A DNA stretch of 63,836 nt, the filler included, from Acidimicrobiia bacterium (GTDB lineage: Bacteria > Actinomycetota > Acidimicrobiia > Spongiisociales > JAENVV01): the NCBI GenBank assembly GCA_041577335.1. It is 4 parts of 4 records of this genome, joined end to end, with 100 filler letters (N's around TTAATTAATTAA, not from the genome) between each part and the next. Parts side by side here need not be neighbours in the genome. Positions count along the whole stretch, not along the records: positions 36,529 to 53,668 come from JBFGJH010000072.1; positions 53,769 to 63,836 come from JBFGJH010000086.1; 2 more parts are not named here. The stretch is one strand, 5' to 3'. The notes beneath the pieces were generated by a model that had not been told where the DNA came from, did not search any database, and saw nothing but the letters and a program-made list of their open reading frames with translations. Below, piece by piece: positions 49,325 through 58,863 of this stretch; position 1 is the stretch's first letter; each line of letters starts with the position of its first letter. Position numbers and translations under genes: made by a program.

Positions 49325-50239
49325 TTGTCTGCTTCGTCACCTCCAACGGTCGTGATTACTGACCCGCTCCAGCCGCTGGCCACTCGGCGGCAAGTGGTGG
49401 GCGCCTACGTTGCCCTGACCAAGCCGCGCATCATCGAGCTTCTCCTGATAACCACGGTCCCGCCGATGGTGCTGGCCGCGGGCGGTTGGCCGGGCTATTG
49501 GCTCGTCGCTGCCACGCTGATCGGCGGCACGTTGTCGGCAGCCGGTGCCAATGTGCTCAACAACTTCGTCGACCGCGACATCGACAAGCTGATGGCTCGC
49601 ACGTCGCGCCGACCGCTGCCGCGCCACCAAGTGCCGCCGCTGAACGCCTTGCGCTATGGCATCGCTCTCGGCGCCGCCGGCTTCTTCTGGCTGTGGGCAT
49701 TCACCAACATCCTCGCGGCCGTCCTGTCCACGGCGGCGCTTCTGTTCTACGTCTTTGTGTACACCATCCTCCTCAAGCGCAGTACTCGCCAGAACATCGT
49801 CATAGGCGGCGCCGCAGGAGCAGCGCCTGTTCTCGTGGGCTGGGCTGCAGTTGCCGGCAGTCTCAGCCTGTCGGCGTGGATCCTCTTCGCCGTGGTGTTC
49901 TACTGGACGCCCCCCCACTTCTGGGCACTGGCCATCCGGTACAAGGATGATTACGCCAAGGCGGAGATTCCCATGTTGCCCGTGGTGGCATCGGAGCGGA
50001 CGACCAAGCTCCAGGTGTTGTGGTACTCGGCGGTGATGGTGCTGGTATCGCTGGTGCTGGCCCCGGTAGCCGAAATGGGTTGGCTGTACCTGGGTGCGGC
50101 CATCGGCCTCGGCGTGTGGTTCATGGTCGATGCGTTCGCCGTGTTCCGCGACCATGATCTGGCAATGCGCCTCTTCCGCACCTCGACCATCTACCTCGCC
50201 GTCCTCTTCGCGGCGGTCTGGATCGACGTGATGGTGTAG
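49325..50239 (+). CDS. ctaB: Protoheme IX farnesyltransferase (heme o synthase)
   Basis: LTKPRI, DRDIDKLMARTSRRPL, YTILLKR, WTPPHFWALA and DY...IPMLP. Confidence 0.95.
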   Translation: MSASSPPTVVITDPLQPLATRRQVVGAYVALTKPRIIELLLITTVPPMVLAAGGWPGYWLVAATLIGGTLSAAGANVLNNFVDRDIDKLMARTSRRPLPRHQVPPLNALRYGIALGAAGFFWLWAFTNILAAVLSTAALLFYVFVYTILLKRSTRQNIVIGGAAGAAPVLVGWAAVAGSLSLSAWILFAVVFYWTPPHFWALAIRYKDDYAKAEIPMLPVVASERTTKLQVLWYSAVMVLVSLVLAPVAEMGWLYLGAAIGLGVWFMVDAFAVFRDHDLAMRLFRTSTIYLAVLFAAVWIDVMV

Positions 50240-50438
50240 CCGACCGGATCAGGATCCGGTCGGGCTGCGCCTCGCCTTTGGCTCGGCTCCGACCTGGTCG
50301 TCCGGCCATTCGGCCGGGCTCACTCTGTCGTCACGGCGCGCAGGTCGCCGTGACTCCAAACTGAGGGGGATGGCGGAGCCTCCCCCTCAAACACCCCCGG
50401 AGTAGGTGTAGGGGTTTCCCTTGGGTAACCTCTGGTCG

Positions 50439-51449
50439 GTGCAATTCCTGCTCGAGATCTCTTACCCGCCGATTCCCATCTGGGAGGTAGGGCCGGTCAG
50501 GCTGTCGCTTCATGGGGTCATGGCGGCGTTGGGGTTTCTTCTCGGCGCTCAGTATGCGGTGAAGCGAGCCAATCGGCGTGGTTTTGACGGCGAGGCGTTC
50601 CAGTCGATCCTCACGTGGGCGCTCGTCGGAGCCATCATTGGAGCCCGGTACTTCACGGCTCCCGCTGCCATCGTGGGCGGGACTCCATTCTTCGATGCCC
50701 TCAACCCGATCAACGGAAACTTCTCGATCCTCGGCGGTATGGCGGGCGGAATCATCGCCGCGGCGATCCGATCACGGATGCTCCGCCAGCCTGTGTGGGC
50801 CTTGTTCGACGCCGCCTCGTTCGGCCTTGCCATCGGCACGATCGTTGGGCGCGTGGGTGATCTCCTCATCGTCGAACATCTCGGCTCGGCAACCACGTTT
50901 GCTCTCGGATATGGGATCAAACCCGGATACGACGTAGCGCCTCAGCACGATCCGCTCGAGTGTTCGGTAGCCGAGGCCGTCGACGGTCTGTGTGGGGTCT
51001 ACCACCACAGTGCTGCCTATGACCTGTTGGGGGCGGCGCTTCTACTCGGAGTGCTCTTCTGGCTCTACAAGCATTGGAAGCCTCGTCACTACGGTCAGAT
51101 GTTTGCGTTCTGGGTGGCTTGGTATGGCTTCCAGCGATTCCTCATCGACTTCTCTCGACTGGTGCCCGGCGACCAGTCGGTCGTCGCCCAGGCAGCGGCG
51201 GACGCAACTCTGGGACCATTCACGTGGAGTCAGTGGTCGGGACTTGGAGCTGGTTTCTTTGGCATTTTCCTCATCTGGCGATTCCGCAAGACCCAACCGG
51301 TTGTGTCCGAGATGAAAGACCACGCCATCGCTGCGGCAGCCGGCCGACCCCAACCTGCGTCAGGCGACCACGAAGTGGACACCGACCCGGAGCCGCCTGA
51401 TGATTCAGGTGACGAAGCGGCGGTGGCCTCCGATCTCGACGTCGAGTAG
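50439..51449 (+). CDS. lgt: Prolipoprotein diacylglyceryl transferase (divergent)
   Basis: IIGAR, SILGG, GRVGD....EHLG, H-x3-YD and RFLIDFSR. Leaderless TAACCT-7nt-GTG. Confidence 0.78.
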   Translation: MQFLLEISYPPIPIWEVGPVRLSLHGVMAALGFLLGAQYAVKRANRRGFDGEAFQSILTWALVGAIIGARYFTAPAAIVGGTPFFDALNPINGNFSILGGMAGGIIAAAIRSRMLRQPVWALFDAASFGLAIGTIVGRVGDLLIVEHLGSATTFALGYGIKPGYDVAPQHDPLECSVAEAVDGLCGVYHHSAAYDLLGAALLLGVLFWLYKHWKPRHYGQMFAFWVAWYGFQRFLIDFSRLVPGDQSVVAQAAADATLGPFTWSQWSGLGAGFFGIFLIWRFRKTQPVVSEMKDHAIAAAAGRPQPASGDHEVDTDPEPPDDSGDEAAVASDLDVE

Positions 51450-51497
51450 GCCGCGCTCTTGCGCCCGGTCGACGGGGCGTTTAGTTTGACCCCGCAC

Positions 51498-51551
51498 ATG
51501 AACACCTTTTCGTTCCCCTATTTCAGCTTTACCGGAGTCGATCCGGGCTGA
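51498..51551 (+). CDS. Phe/Tyr-rich attenuator leader peptide MNTFSFPYFSFTGVDPG
   Basis: 4 Phe + 1 Tyr within codons 4-11. Promoter-like TTGCGC (51459)-17bp-TAGTTT (51482) upstream. Precedes an aromatic biosynthesis gene. Confidence 0.75.
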   Translation: MNTFSFPYFSFTGVDPG

Positions 51552-51586
51552 GGGAACTCGTCGCTGACACCAAACGACAAGCACTC

Positions 51587-51619
51587 GAGCCCGGAGCAGT
51601 AGCTCCGGGCTTTGCAGTT
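51587..51619 (+). terminator. Attenuator terminator hairpin
   Basis: GAGCCCGGAGC-AGTA-GCTCCGGGCTT then TGCAGTT. The 5' arm can alternatively pair with TCCGGGCT (51542-51549). Confidence 0.75.
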
Positions 51620-51634
51620 GAGAGAGAGCAAGCC

Positions 51635-52690
51635 ATGAACCGCAAAGCCGAGAAGACCGAAGTCGAACACACCACCGTGGTCGAAGTAGGCGACGTCGCC
51701 TTCGGCCGCGATCGGTTTCCGGTAATTGCCGGCCCATGTGCGATCGAGTCTGGCGACCAGATCATGGAGCTCGCCAAAGTCGTTCGCGATGCCGGCGCCA
51801 ACGTCTTGCGCGGCGGCGTCTCGATACCTCAGCACTCACCGTACGGCTTCCCTGGTCTCGGCGCGGATGCGGTTTCGCTGCTGGCCGAGGCAGGTAGGTC
51901 GGTGGGCCTCCCGGTCGTGACCCAGGTGCATGAGCCGAAAGACGTCGAGGCTCTGGCGGGCCAGGTGGACATGCTCGAGATTGCATCGGGCAACATGCAG
52001 AACTTCGAGCTTCTGCGAGTCGTCGGCGCTGCTCATCAGCCGGTGCTCCTCAAGCGGGCACCGTCGGCGACGATCGACGAGTGGTTGTGGGCGGCAGAAT
52101 ATGTGCTCGCCGAAGGCAACGACAAGGTCGTGCTGTGCGAACGAGGAATTCGGACCTTCGCGGCGGAGCCGACGCTGGATCTGAGTTCCGTGCCGATGAT
52201 GAAGGAGCAGACCCATCTTCCGGTCATCGTTCTGCCATCGCACGCCGCCGGGACCCGACGTCGAGTCGCCCCTCTGGCTTTGGCGGCCCAGGGAGTCGGA
52301 GCCGACGGCCTCGCCATCGAGGTGCACGCCGACCCTGAGAAGGCATTGGTGAACTCGGAGCAGCTCCTGAACATCGAGGCGTTCGGAGATCTGATGATCT
52401 CCTTGGGTGTGAACCTGATGAGAGGCGATGTCGACGAGATCGATTATTCGATCGTCGAGCTACTCGGCCAGCGGCAACGCCTTGCCGTGGAGATCGGCCG
52501 GATCAAATTGGAGAAGGGTCTTCCGTTGCGGGCGCCCGATCGCGAGGCAGAGCTGCTCGATGATGTGCGCACGGCCGCCCAAGAGCACAACCTCGACAGC
52601 GGGCTCGTCGCCAAGATATTCGAGCTGGTCTTGGAAGGGTCACGAGCCGCCCAGCGGGCCGACCTGGAAGGCACTCAGAGCGCCGAATAG
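51635..52690 (+). CDS. DAHP synthase type I-beta-like domain (degenerate active site) fused to C-terminal AroQ chorismate mutase
   Basis: IAGPCAIES, NMQNFELL, PVLLKR, LCERGIRTF, PSH and IEVH. C-terminal R..VDEID..IVELLGQR...IGRIK...REAE...Q. Confidence 0.85.
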   Translation: MNRKAEKTEVEHTTVVEVGDVAFGRDRFPVIAGPCAIESGDQIMELAKVVRDAGANVLRGGVSIPQHSPYGFPGLGADAVSLLAEAGRSVGLPVVTQVHEPKDVEALAGQVDMLEIASGNMQNFELLRVVGAAHQPVLLKRAPSATIDEWLWAAEYVLAEGNDKVVLCERGIRTFAAEPTLDLSSVPMMKEQTHLPVIVLPSHAAGTRRRVAPLALAAQGVGADGLAIEVHADPEKALVNSEQLLNIEAFGDLMISLGVNLMRGDVDEIDYSIVELLGQRQRLAVEIGRIKLEKGLPLRAPDREAELLDDVRTAAQEHNLDSGLVAKIFELVLEGSRAAQRADLEGTQSAE

Positions 52691-53604
52691 GCCAGGTACC
52701 CGCCATAGGCGACCAAGAGCAGGACACCCTCTCTGGTGTCGAGCCGATCTCGGGTGAGTGACAATGCACCGGCCAGGAGCGCTATTCCGACCATCACCGC
52801 CAGCGACACTGCGAAGCTCGATGTGGTCTGGCCGGGCCTGAGGAGTGCCACACCGGCTGCGACTGCCAGCGAGTTGAACAGGTTCGACCCGAGGAGATTG
52901 CCGACGACCAATTCCATCTCGGCTCGTCGGGCGGACGCCACGACCGTCGCCAGCTCGGGGAGGCTCGTGCCGATGGCGACGACGGTGAGGCCGATGAATC
53001 CCTCCGACACTCCCAGTTCGGCGGCCATCCGCAGCGCCCCATCGGCCAGCCAGTTCGCGCCCAGCAGCATTGCTGAGAGAGTGAGGAGCGCTATGGCAAT
53101 CTCGCGACCCACGCGAATCGGGCCTCCCTCGAACTCGTCGAGCTCGAGGTCATTGGGAGAAGCGGCAGACCACCGGACCAACAGGTAGGCGGCGCCGACC
53201 ATCCCGGCGGCCAGCACCAGGCCATCGAGGCGCGTCAGGCCGCCATCGGCCAGGGCGCCGGTGAACATGAGGAGGCCGCCGACCATGAGGAAACCTTCCC
53301 TGCGCAGGAGCCGGCGGGGGTTGGCGACGACGGCGATGAGTGTGCCCACACCCAGAACGAGGCTCAGGTTGGCGATGTTGGAGCCGACGATGTTGCCGAT
53401 GGCGAGGTCCATCGACCGGCCGCCAGAGACGACCGAGACGATGAACTCCGGCGCCGAGGTCCCCATGCCGACGACGAGCGCACCGATCAGGATCTTGGAG
53501 ACGCCCCAAGCTTCGGCGAGGCGAACCGCCGACACCACGAATCGATCGGCCGAGACCGTGAGCAGACCGAGCCCAAGACCGATCAAGACGGTGGCGACAA
53601 GCAT
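52675..53604 (-). CDS. Calcium/sodium antiporter (YrbG-like)
   Basis: Two alpha repeats, GTSAPE...GNIVGSNIAN and GTSLPE...GNLLGSNLFN. Confidence 0.92.
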   Translation of the reverse strand: MLVATVLIGLGLGLLTVSADRFVVSAVRLAEAWGVSKILIGALVVGMGTSAPEFIVSVVSGGRSMDLAIGNIVGSNIANLSLVLGVGTLIAVVANPRRLLRREGFLMVGGLLMFTGALADGGLTRLDGLVLAAGMVGAAYLLVRWSAASPNDLELDEFEGGPIRVGREIAIALLTLSAMLLGANWLADGALRMAAELGVSEGFIGLTVVAIGTSLPELATVVASARRAEMELVVGNLLGSNLFNSLAVAAGVALLRPGQTTSSFAVSLAVMVGIALLAGALSLTRDRLDTREGVLLLVAYGGYLAYSAL

Positions 53605-53668
53605 CAGTCGAGGGTAGCCCGTGCCCGCGGGGGGGCCGTGACGAGTTGCGGGGCCGCGAACGCGGCCC

Positions 53669-53768
53669 NNNNNNNNNNNNNNNNNNNNNNNNNNNNNNNN
53701 NNNNNNNNNNNNTTAATTAATTAANNNNNNNNNNNNNNNNNNNNNNNNNNNNNNNNNNNNNNNNNNNN
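53669..53768. other. Artificial contig join
   Basis: 100-nt N spacer with TTAATTAATTAA. Confidence 0.97.
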
Positions 53769-54815
53769 GTCGCCACCGCCGACGAGGGCGAGGACTTCTT
53801 CGGGGAACTGGTCGGCGAAGCTGAGCAGTGTCTGGTCCAGCAGGGCGTACATCGGGCCGATCATGATGCCCATCAGGAAGAACATGATGGCGGCGGTCAC
53901 GATGAGGAGTCCTTGATGCTCGGAGGCCGTTTTCGTCCAGATATGGGAGACCCGTGTTGATCCCGCCAGCCGGTCGACCACCTTCTCCGTCAATTGATTG
54001 CTGCGCAGCCGATCGACGAGTGATGCTCCGGTTGATTGGCTGCGCAAATCGCGGCGATTGACGCCGATGATCGACGCCACGGCCAAGACGGCGATGCCGA
54101 TTCCGAGCACGGCGATGTCGGGCCAGTCGACGCCGTTGGTGACGGGTTGGCTCGACTGGTAGTAGTGCCACGGGAACAGGCGGGTGAGATCCGCCAGATT
54201 CTCGAACAGGGGAAGCAGGCCGACGGCAAAGAACGACACGACCAACAATGCCGCGCTTGCACCAGAGGCGATGGAGTTTCTTCCCGTCCAGGCTCCCAAG
54301 GCGAGTGCCACGAATCCATAGAACAACGCGACGAATGCCATATGGATGATCAACGCACCGATGTGGATGCCAGTGATGTCAACGTCGAGCATGACGGGTG
54401 CCAGGACCCCAAACCCCCATAGCAACACTGCTGCGGCACTGGTGAGAACGACCATCGAGAGCGCCTTCGAGACGATGACGGTCGTGCGGCTCTTGGGGTT
54501 GCCGAGGAGCAAACCCATCGTCCCAGTCCGCTCTTCGCCGGCGATGGAGGCTGATCCGAGCGAGATGGCCAGGCCTGCCAGGGTCAGGGCGCCATAGGAC
54601 GCGTAGATGGCGCCGTAGGCGAGGCTGCCGACGTCGGCATCGGCCGGGATGTTCATGAGCGCCCGAAGCGCCTCCGGAAGCGTCGTGTACACGGCCAGAT
54701 CGATGTCGCGGTAGACGGACATCCCGAACAGCAGGAGGAGACCCATCGTGCCTGCCCCGATCAGGGTTGCTTTCCACCGATCGAGAATGGTCTTGGTCCA
54801 GATGGTGGCCAGCAT
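53769..54815 (-). CDS. ABC-2 type permease (duplicated domain, 3' truncated)
   Basis: IAGEERTGTMGLLLGNP.SR and ...RRDL. A second repeat begins before the gap. Confidence 0.82.
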
Positions 54816-55723
54816 CAGGCCGTGACCTCCTCGTCCCGGTAGTACGTGAGGAAGATCTCCTCCAGGTCGGCCTCCTGGGTGCTGATGTCGACCACGTCGT
54901 AGCGGTCGGCGACGACCTTCAGCAGCCCGGCCATTTTGCCCTCGTATGAGAAGACGGCACGGTGGTTGTCGACGATGACATCACTCACGCCGGGCACAGC
55001 CTCGAAGTAGGCGGCGTCCACGTCGGTGCCGAACTCGAGTTCGACTCGACGCATGGCTTTCGACCGCAACTCCGATACGGACTCGACGGCGATGAGGCGC
55101 CCATGCCGGATGATGCCGACTCGATCGGCCACCCGTTGCACCTCGGAAAGCGTATGGCTGGAGAGAAAAACGGTGCGGCCGGCGTGGGCCGCATCGCGCA
55201 TCATCGACTGGAATGCCCGCTGCATGAGCGGATCGAGGCCGGAGCTGGGCTCATCCATGATCAGGACCTCGGGGCGGTTCATGAAAGCCTGGATCAAACC
55301 GACCTTCTGGCGGTTTCCCGACGACAGGTCTCCGACCTTCTTCGCAAGGTCGGCTTCGAGCGTCTCGGCCAGTTGATCGACGTACGACCAGTCGACGCCA
55401 CCTCGCAGATTGGCGAAGTAGGTGAGTGTGTCTCGGCCGGTGAGATTGGGGTACATTGCCAGGTCGCCCGGCACGTAGCCGATCTTGCGGCGAATCGCGA
55501 CCGAGTCCTGATGTGAGTCCATGCCCAGGATGGACGCCCGGCCGGCGGTGGGACGGATCTCATCGAGAATCGTGCGGATCATGGTGGTCTTTCCCGCTCC
55601 ATTTGGCCCGAGAAAACCAAAGACCTCCCCGGCATGGATGTCGAGGGTCAGATCTATCAACGCCTCCACGTCCCCATAATGCTTCGTGAGATTCTCCGTC
55701 TGAATCGTGATCTGCGCCGTCAT
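54815..55723 (-). CDS. ABC transporter ATP-binding protein
   Basis: GPNGAGKT, LSSGNRQK, LIMDEP and SSH. Confidence 0.93.
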   Translation of the reverse strand: MTAQITIQTENLTKHYGDVEALIDLTLDIHAGEVFGFLGPNGAGKTTMIRTILDEIRPTAGRASILGMDSHQDSVAIRRKIGYVPGDLAMYPNLTGRDTLTYFANLRGGVDWSYVDQLAETLEADLAKKVGDLSSGNRQKVGLIQAFMNRPEVLIMDEPSSGLDPLMQRAFQSMMRDAAHAGRTVFLSSHTLSEVQRVADRVGIIRHGRLIAVESVSELRSKAMRRVELEFGTDVDAAYFEAVPGVSDVIVDNHRAVFSYEGKMAGLLKVVADRYDVVDISTQEADLEEIFLTYYRDEEVTA

Positions 55724-55773
55724 AGAACCTTCCTGTCTCTCCCAGTGTTAGCGAGCGCGAGGCGGCCTTACGA

Positions 55774-55787
55774 GGGCCAAACGTCCC
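55774..55787. promoter_or_regulatory. DosR/NarL-like box
   Basis: GGGCCAAACGTCCC (reverse complement GGGACGTTTGGCCC) upstream of the ABC operon. Confidence 0.35.
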
Positions 55788-55804
55788 CTGTCGGCGGGCC
55801 TAGT

Positions 55805-56578
55805 TCAGTCCGGTGTTACGTAGGCAGCGGTGATTCCTCCGTCGACCATGAACTCGGTCCCGGTGACAAATGAGGAGTCATCAGAGGCCAACCACAGCAC
55901 GGCTCGCGCCATTTCTTCGGCCTCACCGAAGCGGCCCATCGGGATGTGCACGAGGCGGCGTTGTTTCTTCTCGTCGGTGTCCAGGTACTTCATCAAGAGC
56001 TCGGTGTTGAGAGGGCCGGGACACAGTGCATTGACCCGAATGTTCTCGCGGGCGTGGATCACGGCCAGTTCTCGGGTCATGGCGACGACAGCGCCCTTCG
56101 ATGCGGTGTAAGCCAGTTGCGGAGTGGCCGCACCGAGCCTGGCCACAAACGAGGCCGTGTTGATGATGGAGCCTCCGCCCGCCTTGCGCAGCGCGGGAAT
56201 GCCGTACTTGCAGCCCAGGAACACGCCCTTGGCGTTGATGGCGAAAGTGAGGTCCCAGACATCTTCGGAGGTAGCGACGGAATCGCTGTCGTCGGCATGG
56301 CTGATGCCGGCATTGTTGAAGAGGATGTCCAGTTTTCCGTACGTGGCCTCGGCCGTCGCGACCATTGATCGACATGCCTCATCTGATGCGACATCGGCCT
56401 GGACCGCCACGGCCGCGCCGCCGAGAGCCTCGATGTCGCCTGCGGTCGTTGCGGCCGTGTCGATGTTGACATCGACGGCCACGACCGCCGCCCCCTCGTC
56501 TGCGAGCAACAGGCTGGTTTGGCGACCGATGCCCGATCCTGCCCCGGTGACCAGTGCCACCTTGCCTGCCATTTTCAT
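55805..56578 (-). CDS. Short-chain dehydrogenase/reductase
   Basis: TGAGSGIG, NNAG, YTASK and IRVNALCPG. Confidence 0.92.
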   Translation of the reverse strand: MKMAGKVALVTGAGSGIGRQTSLLLADEGAAVVAVDVNIDTAATTAGDIEALGGAAVAVQADVASDEACRSMVATAEATYGKLDILFNNAGISHADDSDSVATSEDVWDLTFAINAKGVFLGCKYGIPALRKAGGGSIINTASFVARLGAATPQLAYTASKGAVVAMTRELAVIHARENIRVNALCPGPLNTELLMKYLDTDEKKQRRLVHIPMGRFGEAEEMARAVLWLASDDSSFVTGTEFMVDGGITAAYVTPD

Positions 56579-56591
56579 AACCGCTCCCTCG

Positions 56592-57971
56592 TCAGATGCG
56601 CTCGAAGTAGCGCCATTTCTCCCAGTCGGTGACTGCTTTGTCATAGGCTTCTTGCTCGGTTCGGAAGAAGTGGACGTAGTGTTCATGCACGTCCGCTCCG
56701 AATGCTTCGACAGCAAATACGCTCTTTTCGAACCGGTCAATCGCTTCACCCAGCGTTGCCGGGACCTTGGGCAGGCTTTCTGCCTGATACACGTCGCCTT
56801 CGAATATGTTTGGCGGCTCGATCTGACGGCGGATCCCGTCCATTCCTGCCGCCAGTGCGGCGGCATACATGAGATAGGGATGGGCGTCCGCTCCCGGCAT
56901 GCGACACTCGATGCGAAGTGCGTCGCCTGCCCCAACGATTCGGAAGCCGGCTGTGCGATTGTCATAGCTCCAGGCGATCCGAGTCGGCGCCCACGATCCA
57001 TCCTGGTAACGCTTGTACGAATTCACCGTGGGCGCAAAGAAGACCATCAGCTCGGACACGTGCTCCATCCACCCGCCGAGAAACCATCGGAAGGTGTCGG
57101 ATGCCTGAACAGGCCCGACGGGCTGGTCTCCGGGGAATGCAGCATCGTCGCCGCGCCACAACGAGAGGTGGACGTGGCAACTCGACCCGGCCTCGGCTGC
57201 GTCGGGCTTGGCCATGAAGGTGACGCTGACGCCGAGTTGCTCGGCAATCTCCTTCATGGCGAGTTTCATGATGCTGTGCCGATCAGCCATGTCGAGGACG
57301 TCGGCATATCTGATGTTGAGCTCGTGCTGCCCGCGGCCCCACTCGCCCTTCGAGTTCTCAACCGGAATACCGGACCGGGACAAGTGTCGACGGGCCTGCT
57401 GGGTGTAGAACTCCTCCCGGGTACCTTGCAGCAAGTGGTAATCCTCGATGTACCAGCCTGCCGGCCGCAGGTCGTGATAGCGGGTGGTGGCTGCTTGGCG
57501 ATATGAGTCCTCATAGAGGTAGTACTCCAGCTCCGACGCCCCTTTGGCGACGAGGCCGATCTCTGCCAGATCTTCGATCTGGCGCCGCAGGATCGTCCGA
57601 GGCGCCACCGCCACGAGATCATGGTCATGGGGATCGTGCAGGTCGCACAAGACCAGGGCGGTGGAGTCGAGCCACGAGGCGATGCGAAGCGTCGCCAAAT
57701 CGGGCATCATGTGAAAATCGCCGTACCCGAGCTCCCAGTTGGCGTAGCGATAGCCCGGCACGGGCTCCATTTCCATGTCCACGGTCAGCAGATAGTCGCA
57801 GCAGTGGGTGCCTGTCTTGTAGGCCGACTCCAAGAAGAACTCGGCGTCGAACCGCTTTCCGTGCAGGCGCCCGTAATGATCGGTGAATGCAGTGATGACA
57901 GTGTCGATCTCGCCTCCGGCGACCATGCTCTCGAGGGTGTCGATCGAGAGCAAGCCTCGTTGCTGCGCCAC
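56592..57971 (-). CDS. Glutamine synthetase-family gamma-glutamyl-amine ligase (PuuA/GlnA4-like)
   Basis: GRLHGKR, ELEYY, EWGRGQHE, TFMAKP, GSSCHVHLSL, NSYKRY, DNRT and IECR. AGGAGG RBS before the GTG. Confidence 0.88.
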   Translation of the reverse strand: MAQQRGLLSIDTLESMVAGGEIDTVITAFTDHYGRLHGKRFDAEFFLESAYKTGTHCCDYLLTVDMEMEPVPGYRYANWELGYGDFHMMPDLATLRIASWLDSTALVLCDLHDPHDHDLVAVAPRTILRRQIEDLAEIGLVAKGASELEYYLYEDSYRQAATTRYHDLRPAGWYIEDYHLLQGTREEFYTQQARRHLSRSGIPVENSKGEWGRGQHELNIRYADVLDMADRHSIMKLAMKEIAEQLGVSVTFMAKPDAAEAGSSCHVHLSLWRGDDAAFPGDQPVGPVQASDTFRWFLGGWMEHVSELMVFFAPTVNSYKRYQDGSWAPTRIAWSYDNRTAGFRIVGAGDALRIECRMPGADAHPYLMYAAALAAGMDGIRRQIEPPNIFEGDVYQAESLPKVPATLGEAIDRFEKSVFAVEAFGADVHEHYVHFFRTEQEAYDKAVTDWEKWRYFERI

Positions 57972-58081
57972 ACAGACCTCCTTGGCACTCCCGGTGGTGA
58001 GTGAACTGCTGTCGACGGACCCTACCTCGCCGTTGCGGCTGGGTGGCGTCGGGAGGCGATCCGCCAGTCCGTCAAACTCTC

Positions 58082-58786
58082 TCAGCTGTTGCCGTACACC
58101 GGGACGGTGGCACCGGACACGACAGCAGAGTCGGGCGAGATCAGGAATTCGATGACTGCGGCGATCTGATCGGGTGTCGGCCAGGTGACGTAGTCGGAGT
58201 AGGGGAGCGTGGCTCGCGTCGCAGGAGTGTCGATCACAGACGGCATCACGACATTGGCGGTGACCGCCGTGTCGCCCAACTCCTGCGCGGCAGAGGCGCC
58301 CAGTGCAACGACGCCCGCCTTGGCGATATTGAAGGCGGCTTGCCCGGAAGGAGTGTCGGCGGCCGCCCGACTGCCTACCAGCACAATCCGTCCCCATTCG
58401 GCGGCCTGGAGGTGAGGAATCGCTGCCCGAGTGGCAATGAATGCGGAGCGAAGATTCAGGTCGAGCATGCGGTCGAGCCGCACATCATCCGTTTCCACGA
58501 TGTCGCGGCCTCCGGCCCAACCGCCGACGAGTGAGCACATCGCGTTCATATGCCCGAATTGGTCGACAACCTTCTGGAAGAAGCTCTTCACACCTTCGGA
58601 ATCGCCCGCGTCGACACGGCTGAGTAGGAGGCGGTCCTCGTCGATGTTCACGACTGACTCGAATCGTTCGGCCTCGTCGGGGATGAGATAGGTCACTGCC
58701 AGGCGCGCTCCCGACGCTGCCAGACGCTGGGAGAGAGCCGTTCCGAGGCCGCCAGTGCCTCCTGTGATAACAACCACCGGTTCCAA
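58082..58786 (-). CDS. Short-chain dehydrogenase/reductase (atypical FxxxK)
   Basis: TGGTGGLG, VGSR, AFNIAK and PSVIDT. Confidence 0.82.
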   Translation of the reverse strand: MEPVVVITGGTGGLGTALSQRLAASGARLAVTYLIPDEAERFESVVNIDEDRLLLSRVDAGDSEGVKSFFQKVVDQFGHMNAMCSLVGGWAGGRDIVETDDVRLDRMLDLNLRSAFIATRAAIPHLQAAEWGRIVLVGSRAAADTPSGQAAFNIAKAGVVALGASAAQELGDTAVTANVVMPSVIDTPATRATLPYSDYVTWPTPDQIAAVIEFLISPDSAVVSGATVPVYGNS

Positions 58787-58863
58787 ACCTTGCTCCCAAT
58801 ATCAATCGACGTTCCGTCATGGTAGTTTGAGCGTTCGTCGACGGTGGTAATAGGAGGACGAGC

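Noticed and set aside
53620..53668. GGGCCGCG-AA-CGCGGCCC hairpin at the contig end as a REP/MITE
   Set aside because: Only a single copy was seen and it is truncated by the gap, so a repeat family cannot be supported.
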